DNA of 64,000 nucleotides, taken from the NCBI GenBank assembly GCA_963662655.2, contig CAXXTU010000002.1:2240001-2304000 (forward strand), read 5' to 3'. This DNA comes from Candidatus Cloacimonadales bacterium (GTDB lineage: Bacteria > Cloacimonadota > Cloacimonadia > Cloacimonadales > JAIOQZ01). Positions 9,701 through 20,222 of this stretch are shown piece after piece. Each line of letters begins with the position of its first letter. The stretch's first letter is position 1. The notes under the pieces are model-generated. The model saw nothing but the letters and a program-made list of their open reading frames with translations, was not told the origin of the DNA and ran no database searches. Both the position numbers and the translations under genes were made by a program.

Positions 9701-12532
9701 TCAGTAAACCTCCACACCCACGGTGGCACGATAATCATTCATCCAGGTATCGAATCTCTGCTGAAGAATTTCCTCACGGAAGCTCTTCAAATTCTGTTCC
9801 ATACTGTCTTTGTCCGCCTTGTGGGTGTTCTCCACACGATAAACCAGATAACTGTCGTTTTGTAGCAGAATGGGGTAGCAATATTCACCCTCCTGCTTCT
9901 TGATCGCGTCGGCTAGGATATACTCGCTGTACTGGACGCCCGGAATCTCACCGTCGACGGTCAGATCCGAAGCGTGCTTCCACTCGCCCAGGAATACAAG
10001 CGACGTCTTGGGATCGTCATCCTGATCGAGGCCGTCGATCAGGTTGATCAGATACTCTTTGCGCGCGCTGCGCCGGGCTTCATCATCGTACATGGCCTGA
10101 ATCTGCGAAATCGCGTCCTCATAGGCGATCTGCCTGCCGTACTTCTTGTATCGCATGAAGACAACGGAATAGCCGTCATGGCTCTTGATGATCGATGTGT
10201 ATTTTTCGTTTCGATAAAGCTGCATGATACGGGTACCGATCTCCTTGATGCGACCGAACGGAGCGAAATCCCCATCGATTGATTGCCTCTCCGTTTCATG
10301 CACATAAACGCTATCGGCAAGCGTCAGGACATCGGCGTAGTAATTCGCGTTATCGAAGATGTACTTCGCCTTCGCGTAGGCCAGGCTGTCTGCCCGGCGC
10401 ATTTCCAGCTTATGACGAATGCTTCCTTTGACCTCATTGAATTTAACAGCGCCGGCCGCTTTCTCGCTGATCTTCATGACCATCAGCCAACCGCCGTTCA
10501 CAAATGCAGGTTCCGAAACCTCGCCGCGGAAAATCCGTTCGAGAATTGTGCGGTATTCAACAGGAAGCTCATCCATATACGTTGTGCCCGATGAGGGAAT
10601 ATCGATCGGAGAACCCATCAGTTCCTGGATCAGCTCCAGATTCTTTTCCCTGCTGGCATAGCGGTAAAGGTACTCAGAATAATCGCGGCGCTTTCCTTCC
10701 GGATCGCTGAGGAAAAACACCTGATATTCCACGCGGGGTGACATATAAAATTCCTTCGGATGATTCTGGAAATAGGTGTGGACTTCCTCCTCCGAAACCC
10801 TTACGGAATCGAGCTCGATCGGGTAGTACACCCCTGCAAGACTCAGGCTGTCCGGAGTTGTGAAAAAGGGTTGATTTCGCGTGTAAAAGAGACGGTAATC
10901 GGACGTGTCCGCCTGTACGGTCTCTTTGTGCAGTTTGGGTAGCTGAATCTTCACCTGTTCGTAAGAAGGAATATACTGGGGGAAAACCGAATCGACGCGG
11001 TAGATCACCAAGCGATCCTGGTAATTCACGATGCCCGACGCGGCATTCTGGTTACGCTTGACTGCGTATGCGATGTAGTCGTCCAGCGGCTCCACATTTT
11101 CCAGCCGGTCCAGGAACACGACGGTCCGTTCGAGTTTTATATTGTATTCCGCAGCCACGGAACGAAGCATCTGGTTATCGAAAAGGACCGGAATAATTTT
11201 CGACCGGATGTCTTCCATGCGCCGTTGAACCGATTCGTTTCGCAGTTGTTCCAGAATCTGTTCGCGCGCCTCACTGAAGGTAAGCCTGTTGCCGCGACGA
11301 TTGAACTGCTGCTGGTGCGATTGATAGTATTGGCGGACGGCCGCTTCGGGTATGTTTATTTTATCCTCGAACTGCGCCTGATCCACGACAACGCGAGTTA
11401 CGTACGCCGCCGGAACGATAAACTGGTCGATATTCTCTTCGTAATACTGCCGAAAATCGCCGGAGAACTGGATGTCCTTATGATCTTCAGCGTAGTCCAG
11501 CCAGACCTCTTTGCCCACTTCTGGAGTCAACCCGGAGTGTGGCTCTTTTTTATCGAGCACACGGAAAAAGAGGAAGCCGAATCCCACATCGTAGATTTCG
11601 GATATTTCCTTTTCCCTCATCTCGAAGGCATCGGAAAGAATCTCTGAGGCAGCCGGGAAATCACCAATCACACCGTCTTCGCGCAGGAAGTCGGTGATAA
11701 CTGGCGAGATCGGCGCTGGATCGTTCATTCTGACCAAATCGCGAATCGATTCCAGGGAATCGCGCACGATCAGCCGCTGCTTTGCTTCCTGAAGTACCGC
11801 CACGAGGCTGTCCCGGATTTCATCCAGAGGATACACGCTTGCGAAGGGCATGTACGTCCTCATCAATTCGTCTTGAGAAATCTTGATCGCGTCCTTGAAC
11901 CGTTCATTCTGGAGGACGAACAATTCCAGGCGCACTTCCGCGGGTGTACGGTACTTGCGGCTGTGATCCTGATAGTACTGCATCGCCTCTTCCGTATTGC
12001 AGGAAGGCGAAACATCCAGCAGCTCCCCGTCGATGGTTATATATCCGATATCGAATCGGAACCGGCTGGTGATATATTGATCCCGAACGATCGCGTCGGT
12101 GATTTCGAAACTTTCCTCGATGATCTTCCTGGTCTTGCCAAGCAGCAAATCCCGCTGAAGGTCCTGCATGATCTTGCGTATTTGCGGACGTTTGCTCAGT
12201 CGTTTGAATTTGAGGTAGCTGAACGCGCCGTTTTCCTGAAACTGCGAGTGATCTCCGTATTCGTTGATGAAGTAAGCCTCCACCTCGCTGCTATCGACGG
12301 TGATGCCGTATTCGTCCGCGAAGCTTACCATGAGGTATTCTTCGATCAGGTTGTTCAGCGCTTGCCGGCGCAACGCGTGATAGGTGCTCGGAGTATGCTG
12401 CAAATCGAAGAGGTAATCGATTTCGTTATCGAGCCTTTCTTGGGTGATGTAATACTCACCCACTCGTGCAACGACCTGAGCGTTGAGGGCGATTACTCCC
12501 AGCAAAAACAGTACAATCAGAATCTTGCGCAT
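9701..12532 (-). CDS. Large exported SurA-N/parvulin-like (PpiD-like) chaperone
   Basis: Signal peptide from 12532 (MRKILIVLF); VARVG..IT SurA-N-like start; repeated 'E...YY..H...F..P' and 'GEVSEP' rotamase-like segments. Confidence 0.7.
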   Translation of the reverse strand: MRKILIVLFLLGVIALNAQVVARVGEYYITQERLDNEIDYLFDLQHTPSTYHALRRQALNNLIEEYLMVSFADEYGITVDSSEVEAYFINEYGDHSQFQENGAFSYLKFKRLSKRPQIRKIMQDLQRDLLLGKTRKIIEESFEITDAIVRDQYITSRFRFDIGYITIDGELLDVSPSCNTEEAMQYYQDHSRKYRTPAEVRLELFVLQNERFKDAIKISQDELMRTYMPFASVYPLDEIRDSLVAVLQEAKQRLIVRDSLESIRDLVRMNDPAPISPVITDFLREDGVIGDFPAASEILSDAFEMREKEISEIYDVGFGFLFFRVLDKKEPHSGLTPEVGKEVWLDYAEDHKDIQFSGDFRQYYEENIDQFIVPAAYVTRVVVDQAQFEDKINIPEAAVRQYYQSHQQQFNRRGNRLTFSEAREQILEQLRNESVQRRMEDIRSKIIPVLFDNQMLRSVAAEYNIKLERTVVFLDRLENVEPLDDYIAYAVKRNQNAASGIVNYQDRLVIYRVDSVFPQYIPSYEQVKIQLPKLHKETVQADTSDYRLFYTRNQPFFTTPDSLSLAGVYYPIELDSVRVSEEEVHTYFQNHPKEFYMSPRVEYQVFFLSDPEGKRRDYSEYLYRYASREKNLELIQELMGSPIDIPSSGTTYMDELPVEYRTILERIFRGEVSEPAFVNGGWLMVMKISEKAAGAVKFNEVKGSIRHKLEMRRADSLAYAKAKYIFDNANYYADVLTLADSVYVHETERQSIDGDFAPFGRIKEIGTRIMQLYRNEKYTSIIKSHDGYSVVFMRYKKYGRQIAYEDAISQIQAMYDDEARRSARKEYLINLIDGLDQDDDPKTSLVFLGEWKHASDLTVDGEIPGVQYSEYILADAIKKQEGEYCYPILLQNDSYLVYRVENTHKADKDSMEQNLKSFREEILQQRFDTWMNDYRATVGVEVY

Positions 12533-12533
12533 A

Positions 12534-14069
12534 TTATTCCCACTCGATGGTTGCCGGTGGCTTCGAACTGATATCGTAAACCACGCGGTTGACTCCCTGG
12601 ACTTCATTGATAATCCTGTTGGAGACACGCTTGAGGAAGCTATAGGGCAGCTCCGTCCAGTCCGCCGTCATGCCGTCGGAGCTTCCGACGGCTCGGAGCG
12701 CGCAGACGTTTTCATAGGTTCGCTCGTCGCCCATCACGCCGACCGACTGCACGGGGAGTAGCACCGCGAAAGCCTGCCAGGTGGTATGATAAAGATTTTG
12801 TTCCCACAACTCGCCGATAAAGATGGCATCGATCTTCTGTAGGATATCCACCTTTTCCTTGCTCACATCGCCGATGATGCGAATCGCGAGGCCCGGTCCC
12901 GGGAACGGATGGCGTTCCACGAGTTTTGCGGGTAAACCGAGTTTCCTGCCGACTTCCCGCACCTCGTCCTTGAACAGTTCTCGCAGTGGCTCGACCAGCT
13001 CCAGATTCATTTTTTCCGGCAATCCACCCACATTGTGATGCGATTTGATCGTCGCGGACGGACCCTTGAACGACACGCTTTCGATCAGGTCGGGATAGAG
13101 CGTACCCTGCGCGAGGAAATGGGCATCCGGGTATTTTGCCGCTTCACGCTCGAAAATCTCGATAAAGGTATTGCCGATGATCTTGCGTTTCTTCTCGGGA
13201 TCCGATATGCTTTGGAGCCTTGAATAAAACGTCTCCGCGGCATCGATCACAATGAGTTCCATTCCGAAAGCGTCCTGGAATGCCTCCTCGACCTCCTTCG
13301 CTTCATCCTTCCGCAGAAGTCCTGTATCCACCAGGATGGGGATAAGGCGATTTCCGATTGCCTTGTGCAGGAGCGCGCCGACCACCGAGGAATCGACACC
13401 GCCGCTCAGGCCGAGGATAACCTGCCGATCGCCCACTTGCTCCCGAATCGCGGAAATGGTTGCCTCGATAAACGAGGCCGGTGTCCAATCCCGACTGAAG
13501 TCGGCGATTTCGCAGAAGTTTTCCAGCATTTTGAAGCCGTGGGGCGTGTTGGTTACTTCCGGGTGAAATTGCAGTGCGTACATAGGTTTATTATCATGCG
13601 CGATCGCGGCGAAGGGAGAATTCTCGCTCCAGGCAATGCGATGGAAGCCGTCCGGAATTTTCTCCACCGCGTCGCCGTGGCTCATCCACACATCTTCCTG
13701 TGACGAAAGGCCGTTGAACAGGGACTCGTGGTTTTCCACATGGATGCACGCGTAGCCGTATTCTTTTTTTTCCGACCGGATTACGCGACCGCCCAGCTTG
13801 TGGGTCATGAGCTGCATGCCGTAGCATATCCCCAGAATTGGAATGGGTAGATCGAGAATCCGCTCGTCGGGAATGGGTGCGTCTGCGCTATTCACGCTCG
13901 AAGGGCTCCCGGAGAGGATTATCGCTTTTGGATCCTTCGCAATGATTACATCGAACGATGTGTTGAAGGGTACAATTTCCGAATAGATGTTCATCTTGCG
14001 GATTGTTTTGGCGATCAACTGGGTGTATTGCGATCCGAAATCGAGTATTAAAGCCAACTCGTGTTTCAT
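12534..14069 (-). CDS. guaA: GMP synthase (glutamine-hydrolysing)
   Basis: [39 protein letters not shown]. Confidence 0.98.
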   Translation of the reverse strand: MKHELALILDFGSQYTQLIAKTIRKMNIYSEIVPFNTSFDVIIAKDPKAIILSGSPSSVNSADAPIPDERILDLPIPILGICYGMQLMTHKLGGRVIRSEKKEYGYACIHVENHESLFNGLSSQEDVWMSHGDAVEKIPDGFHRIAWSENSPFAAIAHDNKPMYALQFHPEVTNTPHGFKMLENFCEIADFSRDWTPASFIEATISAIREQVGDRQVILGLSGGVDSSVVGALLHKAIGNRLIPILVDTGLLRKDEAKEVEEAFQDAFGMELIVIDAAETFYSRLQSISDPEKKRKIIGNTFIEIFEREAAKYPDAHFLAQGTLYPDLIESVSFKGPSATIKSHHNVGGLPEKMNLELVEPLRELFKDEVREVGRKLGLPAKLVERHPFPGPGLAIRIIGDVSKEKVDILQKIDAIFIGELWEQNLYHTTWQAFAVLLPVQSVGVMGDERTYENVCALRAVGSSDGMTADWTELPYSFLKRVSNRIINEVQGVNRVVYDISSKPPATIEWE

Positions 14070-14108
14070 TATATCTCCAATCTATTTTATTATAAAAACT
14101 TTGCGTGG

Positions 14109-14687
14109 TTATTTCTTGTCCCGCTCGCGTGTGAAACGGATTCTCTGATCCTTGAAAATAAACTCGAGGTTGTAATTGCGCGGCGGAATCTTCTGGAAAA
14201 ATACATAACCGTCTTTGGTTGCTCCGGGGTGGATTTCCCCGAAATGATACGACTCGCTCATGAGTTTCTGTCGTGCCTCAAGCTGATCCTGATACCACTC
14301 CTGCTCCTGGCGCATATTGACCGGCGTATTCGAGAAATTCCTGAGCGTTGGCGATTCATCTACAAGAAAGCGGATGATGTAATCGGACGAGACGGGATCG
14401 TACTGGTGACGGTTTTCATCTAACAGGATGATGTCATCCGAATCGACCGAAATTTTGTGCGATGTTTTGTTGCGCACCCTGATCTTGAAAGTGGTGTAAT
14501 ATTCTGTGAGATTGTCCGGCTTGTGCGTCCAGAACGATGGTTGGACAATCAACGAATACTCCGGCGTTTCCAGAATCGCGATGTCATCCTGAACACGTAC
14601 GTTGTTCTCTTTCAACGGAACATATCCCACCGTACATCCCGAAAGCAGCGCAATCATCAATAATGTTGTAAAACCTGTTACTCTCAT
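14109..14687 (-). CDS. Lipoprotein, hypothetical
   Basis: Lipobox LLSG-C after a hydrophobic stretch; exact start uncertain (14687/14699). Confidence 0.7.
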   Translation of the reverse strand: MRVTGFTTLLMIALLSGCTVGYVPLKENNVRVQDDIAILETPEYSLIVQPSFWTHKPDNLTEYYTTFKIRVRNKTSHKISVDSDDIILLDENRHQYDPVSSDYIIRFLVDESPTLRNFSNTPVNMRQEQEWYQDQLEARQKLMSESYHFGEIHPGATKDGYVFFQKIPPRNYNLEFIFKDQRIRFTRERDKK

Positions 14688-14761
14688 ACTTTCCACCATG
14701 AAGAACGTTACCTGAAGTCCCCGCAATACGTCAAGACGAATATTATCTGAACCGGTATTCG

Positions 14762-14944
14762 GAATTCGCGGAAACAGATTCGTTCGCTTCCGCCCGGAGC
14801 CGTATTCTTACACGACGTAACGAAATTAGGTACTCTGGGATACGATGCGGGGGAAGTTCCAGGAAAGATATGGAAATTGTATTCGTGGGAGTCGTGTTGT
14901 TATACGGCGAAGGGCGGATCGGGCGAAGATGCTCCGCGCAATTC
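14762..14944 (+). repeat. Hairpin element copy 2 (divergent, long loop)
   Basis: ACAGATTCGTTCG...GATCGGGCGAAGATGC; arms TCCGCCC/GGGCGGA, GCCGTAT/ATACGGC and ACACGAC/GTCGTGT pair. Confidence 0.85.
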
Positions 14945-14950
14945 GAGACC

Positions 14951-15076
14951 GGCATGGTACCTACGCTCGATCCCAACTCCCAACATGGATATAACACGTC
15001 ATAGGGACTATCGAACGCGAATAAATGACGTGTAACACCATGCTGGGAGTTGGGATCAAACGAATCTACTCACACC
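14951..15076 (-). repeat. Hairpin element copy 3 (minus strand)
   Basis: Reverse complement reads GTAGATTCGTTTGATC-CCAACTCCCAGCATGG-TGTTA-CACGTCAT...ATGACGTG-TTATAT-CCATGTTGGGAGTTGG-GATCGAGCGTAGGTAC. Confidence 0.9.
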
Positions 15077-15092
15077 TCTGTGCACGTGTTGT

Positions 15093-16271
15093 TTATAAGA
15101 ACTCGATGTGGGTTTCTTTCAGATATTTTTTTTCCAGGACTTCGCAAAAATGTTTAATCAGATTGCGCCGGATCTCCAATTCTTTGGGTAATGAAGGGTC
15201 CTGGTGTGCTTCATTGATGCGCGTTCCGACAATAAACTGAACGATGTCGCTTTCCAGGAAAAGCCTGGCCAGCGTTTTGATCGGGCTGTTTTTCACCTGC
15301 TCCAGGGGATGTTCCTTATCGAGGATACCCAAGCATTTACTCAGGGTAATCGTTCCCTCCGTAACCAGCTCAAATCCTTCCATGGTAGCCGTCGGAGGAA
15401 TATCCGCCCCCCGTTTGACCTCATCCAGATTTACCGACAAGGGCAGATTCAATTCTCGGGAGATGATGGAGGAGGTTGTTCCGCCGCAAATGACTTTCCG
15501 TCCCTTGAAATCACGTGCAATCTGCGCGAGCGTTTTATCTTTCTCGATATCGTACGGCGGACCTGACATCACCAGTAGTTTGCGCGGTTCACGCAGGTAA
15601 AGCGCGGCGCAGGTGATGTCGTCTTTCGCCTTGTGGTTATCGTATTCAAGCGCTCTTCTGGCTGTCTGATAGCAAAGCTCTCCTGCGGAGATGGATCGAT
15701 TATCATTGAGCTCGTGAACCAGGAAGCGCTCCACGCCTTGCTCCGACCATCCTAAAGGCATGTATGCGGATCCCATCCCCGATTGCGTAACGCCATCCGA
15801 GAAAAAGACTAGGCGGTCTTCCGGTTCCATCTTGAACACGGAATAGAACAGCCGTCCTTTGCGATCGTTACTCAGGATAATCTCGTTTTTCTTGACGGGC
15901 TGGCTCTTGCCATCCCGCAGAAGCACGATGGATGGATTGTCGTATTCAATCACCCGTACTTTGCCATCCGTTCCGGCATCGACGATCGTGAAGGTGGAGT
16001 AGCCGATCTTACGTTTTGAGCAAACCGGCAAGGTCTCCAGAATAATCTCGGCAGCCCGTCGGATGTCCATATCGGAAAGCACGAAACGGGAAGCCATCGT
16101 TGTGGTGAGAGTCGCCAGCACGCCGGCTTTCACGCCACTCCCCAATCCGTCTGCGAGAACCGAAACGAGGCGCCCCTTGTCCTTCAGGCTGGTGAAATGG
16201 TCACCGCTGACACCCTGGCCGTCCTTACGAAGCTGATAGTAATCAACCTCGAGATAAACTTCTCCCATCAA
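15093..16271 (-). CDS. SpoIIE/PP2C-family Ser/Thr phosphatase (HfsC-like)
   Basis: SGD, LADGLGSGVKA, FSDGVT, DDIT motifs; follows the sensory hydrogenase. Confidence 0.88.
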   Translation of the reverse strand: MMGEVYLEVDYYQLRKDGQGVSGDHFTSLKDKGRLVSVLADGLGSGVKAGVLATLTTTMASRFVLSDMDIRRAAEIILETLPVCSKRKIGYSTFTIVDAGTDGKVRVIEYDNPSIVLLRDGKSQPVKKNEIILSNDRKGRLFYSVFKMEPEDRLVFFSDGVTQSGMGSAYMPLGWSEQGVERFLVHELNDNRSISAGELCYQTARRALEYDNHKAKDDITCAALYLREPRKLLVMSGPPYDIEKDKTLAQIARDFKGRKVICGGTTSSIISRELNLPLSVNLDEVKRGADIPPTATMEGFELVTEGTITLSKCLGILDKEHPLEQVKNSPIKTLARLFLESDIVQFIVGTRINEAHQDPSLPKELEIRRNLIKHFCEVLEKKYLKETHIEFL

Positions 16272-17962
16272 TCCTGTCCTTTTCTGGAAAACGATTGAAC
16301 AATCGAATTGAGCAGCACTTCGCTGTCGGCGGCATTCTCACCGAGCAGGAACGCGATCTGCTGTACGGTGGTCAGGTTTTTCTTCATCACCTCTCGCGCG
16401 TTCTGAATAATCTTCTCGCTCTGGATAACCGGTTCCGTGACGTCCTGCAAAACCCCTCCAACCGTGTGGTGCGGTTCCACCGTAAACACCGTGAGGCGGA
16501 TCACCTTCTTGTTGTGTTCGATATCCATGACCATCGATTCGTTTCCGTCCTGCAGAACCTGTTTGAACACCTCGTGGAACGGAATCAGCCTTTCCAGATA
16601 GACACCAGCAAGCTCGGGATTGACCTCGTACACGATGCTCGCATCTCCACCGACGATATCCACGAAGCGTGGATTGCACTCGAGGATTTTAAGGTCACGA
16701 TCGACAATCACCACGCCGCTGGGCATCGTTTTGAGGAGCGCGTTCGCCTTGTTCTGCGCCAGTTTACGTAAATGGGAAACACACATGGCCGGTTCGGCCC
16801 GATCCTCGAGCATGGCAACCGCGAAATCCTGACACGAGTTGTATCCGCAACCACCGCAATTCAGTTCGTCGACATGCCGCACCTTTCCGATGCGCAGCAA
16901 CGCTTGAGCGATCTGATCGGAAGTAAACGGCTTCTTTGCTTGCGGCTCGGGATAAAACTGTTTCTCGATCTTGCGGATGCTGTTCCGCGCCTCTTCCTCG
17001 GTGGGGAGCGGAGTCGATTTGAGAATCTGCGAGCGCTTGACGACCGTCGCTCCGCGCTTGGAGACCTGCGGCCCGTTCACGCAACCACCTTCGCATGCGA
17101 GCGCTTCGATGAATACTGGCGCGTCGAGATGAATCTTCCCGATATCCTCGATCGATTCCATGATGTCCTTCACGCCGCTCACGCACAGGAATTGCACATC
17201 CGGGAATTGCCTGTTCTGGCGAATTCCGTCGATCATCCCGCCGTCGATCGGATACCAACCGCCTTCTTCCGCTTTCTCGGGCACGAAGGCGGCCGTATCG
17301 TTCGAGACTACGATTGACTCGCTGTTGAGCCATCTGCGAAGCTCTTTGAAGGTCAGGCTCACGTCGATCGTTTCGCCTGTCTCCGTCTTCTTGGCGATAC
17401 ATGGGCTGAAGAAGACCACCCCGATATCTTCCCCGAACGTATCTCGCAGAATTCTGCCATGCGCTTGAACCGGTGACATCAAGTCGGTGAGGTTGCCGAT
17501 CTGATCCGGGTAATATCGCTCAACGAGCCGAACGACGGACGGACACGCAGTGGAGATGTATACTTTTTTCTCACCCTCGGAAAGAATCCTGGCGCAGGCA
17601 GCGGAAACCTCCTGCGCCCCCAATGCCGTCTCCGAAACTCCTGCAAATCCGAGCTGCTCGATGCACGCCAGAAGCTGACCTTCGGGGATATCGGCAAACT
17701 CGCTTCGGAATGATGGTGCAACTGAAGCGTAAACGGGTTTCCCCGATGCGATGAGCGCTCGAGCCTGATCGATATCGTCTCGAACCTTCTTCGCTCCCAC
17801 GGGACACACCAGCGTACACTTTCCGCAGTACAAACAGTCTTCCGCGATAACTGCTGCGCTGCCATCGCGAACAAGAATCGCTTTGACCGGGCAGTTTCTG
17901 ACACATTTATAGCAGTCCTGGCACTCGGTTTTCTCAGTATAGATCGGATTCTCAGCGTTCAT
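16268..17962 (-). CDS. Putative sensory [FeFe]-hydrogenase with PAS domain (HydS/HfsB-like, group C)
   Basis: 2x[4Fe-4S] N-terminus; H-cluster motifs STACP, SPCIAKK, EALACEGGCVNG; LNCGGCGYNSC FeS motif; C-terminal PAS (MPSGVVIVD...N). Confidence 0.88.
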   Translation of the reverse strand: MNAENPIYTEKTECQDCYKCVRNCPVKAILVRDGSAAVIAEDCLYCGKCTLVCPVGAKKVRDDIDQARALIASGKPVYASVAPSFRSEFADIPEGQLLACIEQLGFAGVSETALGAQEVSAACARILSEGEKKVYISTACPSVVRLVERYYPDQIGNLTDLMSPVQAHGRILRDTFGEDIGVVFFSPCIAKKTETGETIDVSLTFKELRRWLNSESIVVSNDTAAFVPEKAEEGGWYPIDGGMIDGIRQNRQFPDVQFLCVSGVKDIMESIEDIGKIHLDAPVFIEALACEGGCVNGPQVSKRGATVVKRSQILKSTPLPTEEEARNSIRKIEKQFYPEPQAKKPFTSDQIAQALLRIGKVRHVDELNCGGCGYNSCQDFAVAMLEDRAEPAMCVSHLRKLAQNKANALLKTMPSGVVIVDRDLKILECNPRFVDIVGGDASIVYEVNPELAGVYLERLIPFHEVFKQVLQDGNESMVMDIEHNKKVIRLTVFTVEPHHTVGGVLQDVTEPVIQSEKIIQNAREVMKKNLTTVQQIAFLLGENAADSEVLLNSIVQSFSRKGQD

Positions 17963-17978
17963 AGGGTGATTCCTTGTT

Positions 17979-18212
17979 TCACAGATTTTCGTCCAAAAGC
18001 CGGACGATGTTTTCCGGTTGCACGTTATGATAGCTTACGCCATCGATGATCATGTTGGGGCCTTGTCCGCACGCGCCAAGGCACAAAGAGCCTTCCAAGC
18101 GGACAAATCCTTCCAGGCCGTGCGATTTGATATATTCCTCGATCTTCGACAGGTTTTCGCGGTTCGCCCTTGCGAAGCAGGAGCTTCCCATGCAGATTTT
18201 GATCACTTTCAT
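17979..18212 (-). CDS. Thioredoxin-like [2Fe-2S] ferredoxin (HfsA-like)
   Basis: ICMGSSC...CLGACGQGP; start at 18212 right after the hydA stop. Confidence 0.85.
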   Translation of the reverse strand: MKVIKICMGSSCFARANRENLSKIEEYIKSHGLEGFVRLEGSLCLGACGQGPNMIIDGVSYHNVQPENIVRLLDENL

Positions 18213-18214
18213 GG

Positions 18215-20212
18215 TTACGCCCTTACCGAGTCCTGTATCATCGCGACCACGCGATCGAGCGTAGCGAAGTGCAGCACGTCGTCGCCAACCGCGACCGATG
18301 GTCCCTTGTCGCATCTTTCGGTACAGAACGTTGCCCCGAGATCGACCTTCTGCGCCCAGTCCTTCTCCTCGATCGTCTTGAGAAGATTTGCCAGAAGATC
18401 ATGAGCGCCACGGAGATAGCAGCTTGTTCCAACGCATACGCGCACCTTGACGCGCTCCTGCGTCGAGGATCCGGTCAGAGAGATGCTCTCATCCGCAATG
18501 CGCTTGCGGCTGGTGTAGTGCGTGTGAAGCATTTTGTGCGCGACTTCGCTGTTGGGCTCGTCGAGCAGCGTGTCGTACAGTTCCTGAATAAACGGATTGC
18601 GGTGGGATTTCTTCAAGGGGCTGATCTTGTCTGTATTGGCGATAGCCTTCGCACGGGCCTGACGTTCTTCGGAGGAATGGACGATCGGTTGACCCGCTCC
18701 GCCGATGCACCCGCCCGGGCAGGCCATCACTTCCACGATGTCGTATTGCAGCTCGCCGCTGAGGACTTTTTCGGCAACGTACGCCGCGTTTTTCAGGCCA
18801 TGAACCACAGCCAACCGCAGGGTTGTTGACCCAAGCGTGATTTCCGTCTCCCGAATCCCTTTTATATCACGGATTTCATCCAGATCGATCGAATCGGGTC
18901 TCTCTTCGCCCAGCACATCAGCGGCATACCGCACGACAGCCTCGCTCACACCGCCGGTTTTACCGAAAAGGACGCCGGCTCCCGTTGCCATACCCATGGG
19001 CATGTCCATCGATTCCGGTTCCAGGGAAGCGAAGTCGATACCGGCTTCCTTGATCATGTTGCCCAGCTCCTGGGTCGTAAGCGCGAAATCGACATCCTGG
19101 AATCCGTCGGTGCGGAATTCCGGACGCGCGCACTCGTATTTCTTCGCCGTACACGGCATGATCGATACCACGGTGAGTTTTCCTTGGGGTATTCCCATCC
19201 TCTGCGGCAGCATGTTACGCGCCAGCGAGCCGAACATTTGCTGAGGCGAGCGGCAAGACGAGAGGTAAGGAAGCAGGTCGGGATGCGACTGCTCGGCGAA
19301 CTTCACCCAGGCCGGGCAGCAGGAGGTGAACACAGGGAGCTTCCCGGCAGCGCTCTTGCGCTTTAGTAGCTCGTTCGCTTCCTCGACAACAGTCAGATCG
19401 GCAGCGAACGAGGTGTCGAACACCAGATCGAATCCCAGCATGCGCATGGCAGCGACAATCTTACCGGTCGTGACTTCTCCCGAAGGCATGCCGAACATCT
19501 CGCCGATCGCCACCCGGACAGCCGGAGCGATCTGCGCGATCACCTTCTGATCGTTGTCTTGAATCGCTTCCCAGACTCCGCCTGTTTGCGAGCGGATAGT
19601 AATCGCGCCCACCGGGCAAACTGCCGCACACTGTCCGCAGTTCACGCAGCCGACATCGGCAAGGCTTTTGTTGAAGGCAGGAGACACCACCACGTCTTCG
19701 CCGCGGTTGGTAAAATCGATCGCCGCGATGCCCTGAATCTCGTCGCAGTAGCGAACGCAGTCACCGCAGAGAACGCATTTGTTGGGGTCGCGAACCAGAG
19801 CGATGGAGCCGAGGTCTTTCTCCTTGGGATTCTTGGTCTTGCGATAGCGCACGTTCTCTATGCCGAGCTTGGCGCTGAGAGAGCGCAGGCTGCAAGTTTC
19901 CGAACGCGCACAGGTCGGGCAGGCCTGGTCGTGGTTTGCCAGCAGCATTTCCACGATGTTCTTGCGCAGGCGTTGAATCTGCTTGGTGTGAGTGAACACC
20001 CGCATGCCTTCTCTTGGAGGTGTGGAGCAGGAGGTTACAATCCCCTTTCCTTCGATCTCCACCAGGCACAGACGGCACGCGCCGTAAACGCTGAGTTCGG
20101 AATGGTAACAAAATGTAGGGATATCGATGTGCGCCTTACGCGCGACGGCCAATATATTCTTCTCCCCTTCCAGAGGGATCGGGCGGTTGTTTATATAGAT
20201 AATGGGTTTCAT
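18215..20212 (-). CDS. hydA: [FeFe]-hydrogenase catalytic subunit (group A3) with C-terminal [2Fe-2S] domain
   Basis: FTSCCPAW, MPCTAKKYE, EVMACPGGCIGGAGQP; N-terminal FeS clusters; C-terminal CVGTSC...CTERCDKGP. Confidence 0.95.
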   Translation of the reverse strand: MKPIIYINNRPIPLEGEKNILAVARKAHIDIPTFCYHSELSVYGACRLCLVEIEGKGIVTSCSTPPREGMRVFTHTKQIQRLRKNIVEMLLANHDQACPTCARSETCSLRSLSAKLGIENVRYRKTKNPKEKDLGSIALVRDPNKCVLCGDCVRYCDEIQGIAAIDFTNRGEDVVVSPAFNKSLADVGCVNCGQCAAVCPVGAITIRSQTGGVWEAIQDNDQKVIAQIAPAVRVAIGEMFGMPSGEVTTGKIVAAMRMLGFDLVFDTSFAADLTVVEEANELLKRKSAAGKLPVFTSCCPAWVKFAEQSHPDLLPYLSSCRSPQQMFGSLARNMLPQRMGIPQGKLTVVSIMPCTAKKYECARPEFRTDGFQDVDFALTTQELGNMIKEAGIDFASLEPESMDMPMGMATGAGVLFGKTGGVSEAVVRYAADVLGEERPDSIDLDEIRDIKGIRETEITLGSTTLRLAVVHGLKNAAYVAEKVLSGELQYDIVEVMACPGGCIGGAGQPIVHSSEERQARAKAIANTDKISPLKKSHRNPFIQELYDTLLDEPNSEVAHKMLHTHYTSRKRIADESISLTGSSTQERVKVRVCVGTSCYLRGAHDLLANLLKTIEEKDWAQKVDLGATFCTERCDKGPSVAVGDDVLHFATLDRVVAMIQDSVRA

Positions 20213-20222
20213 CGTTCGCTCC

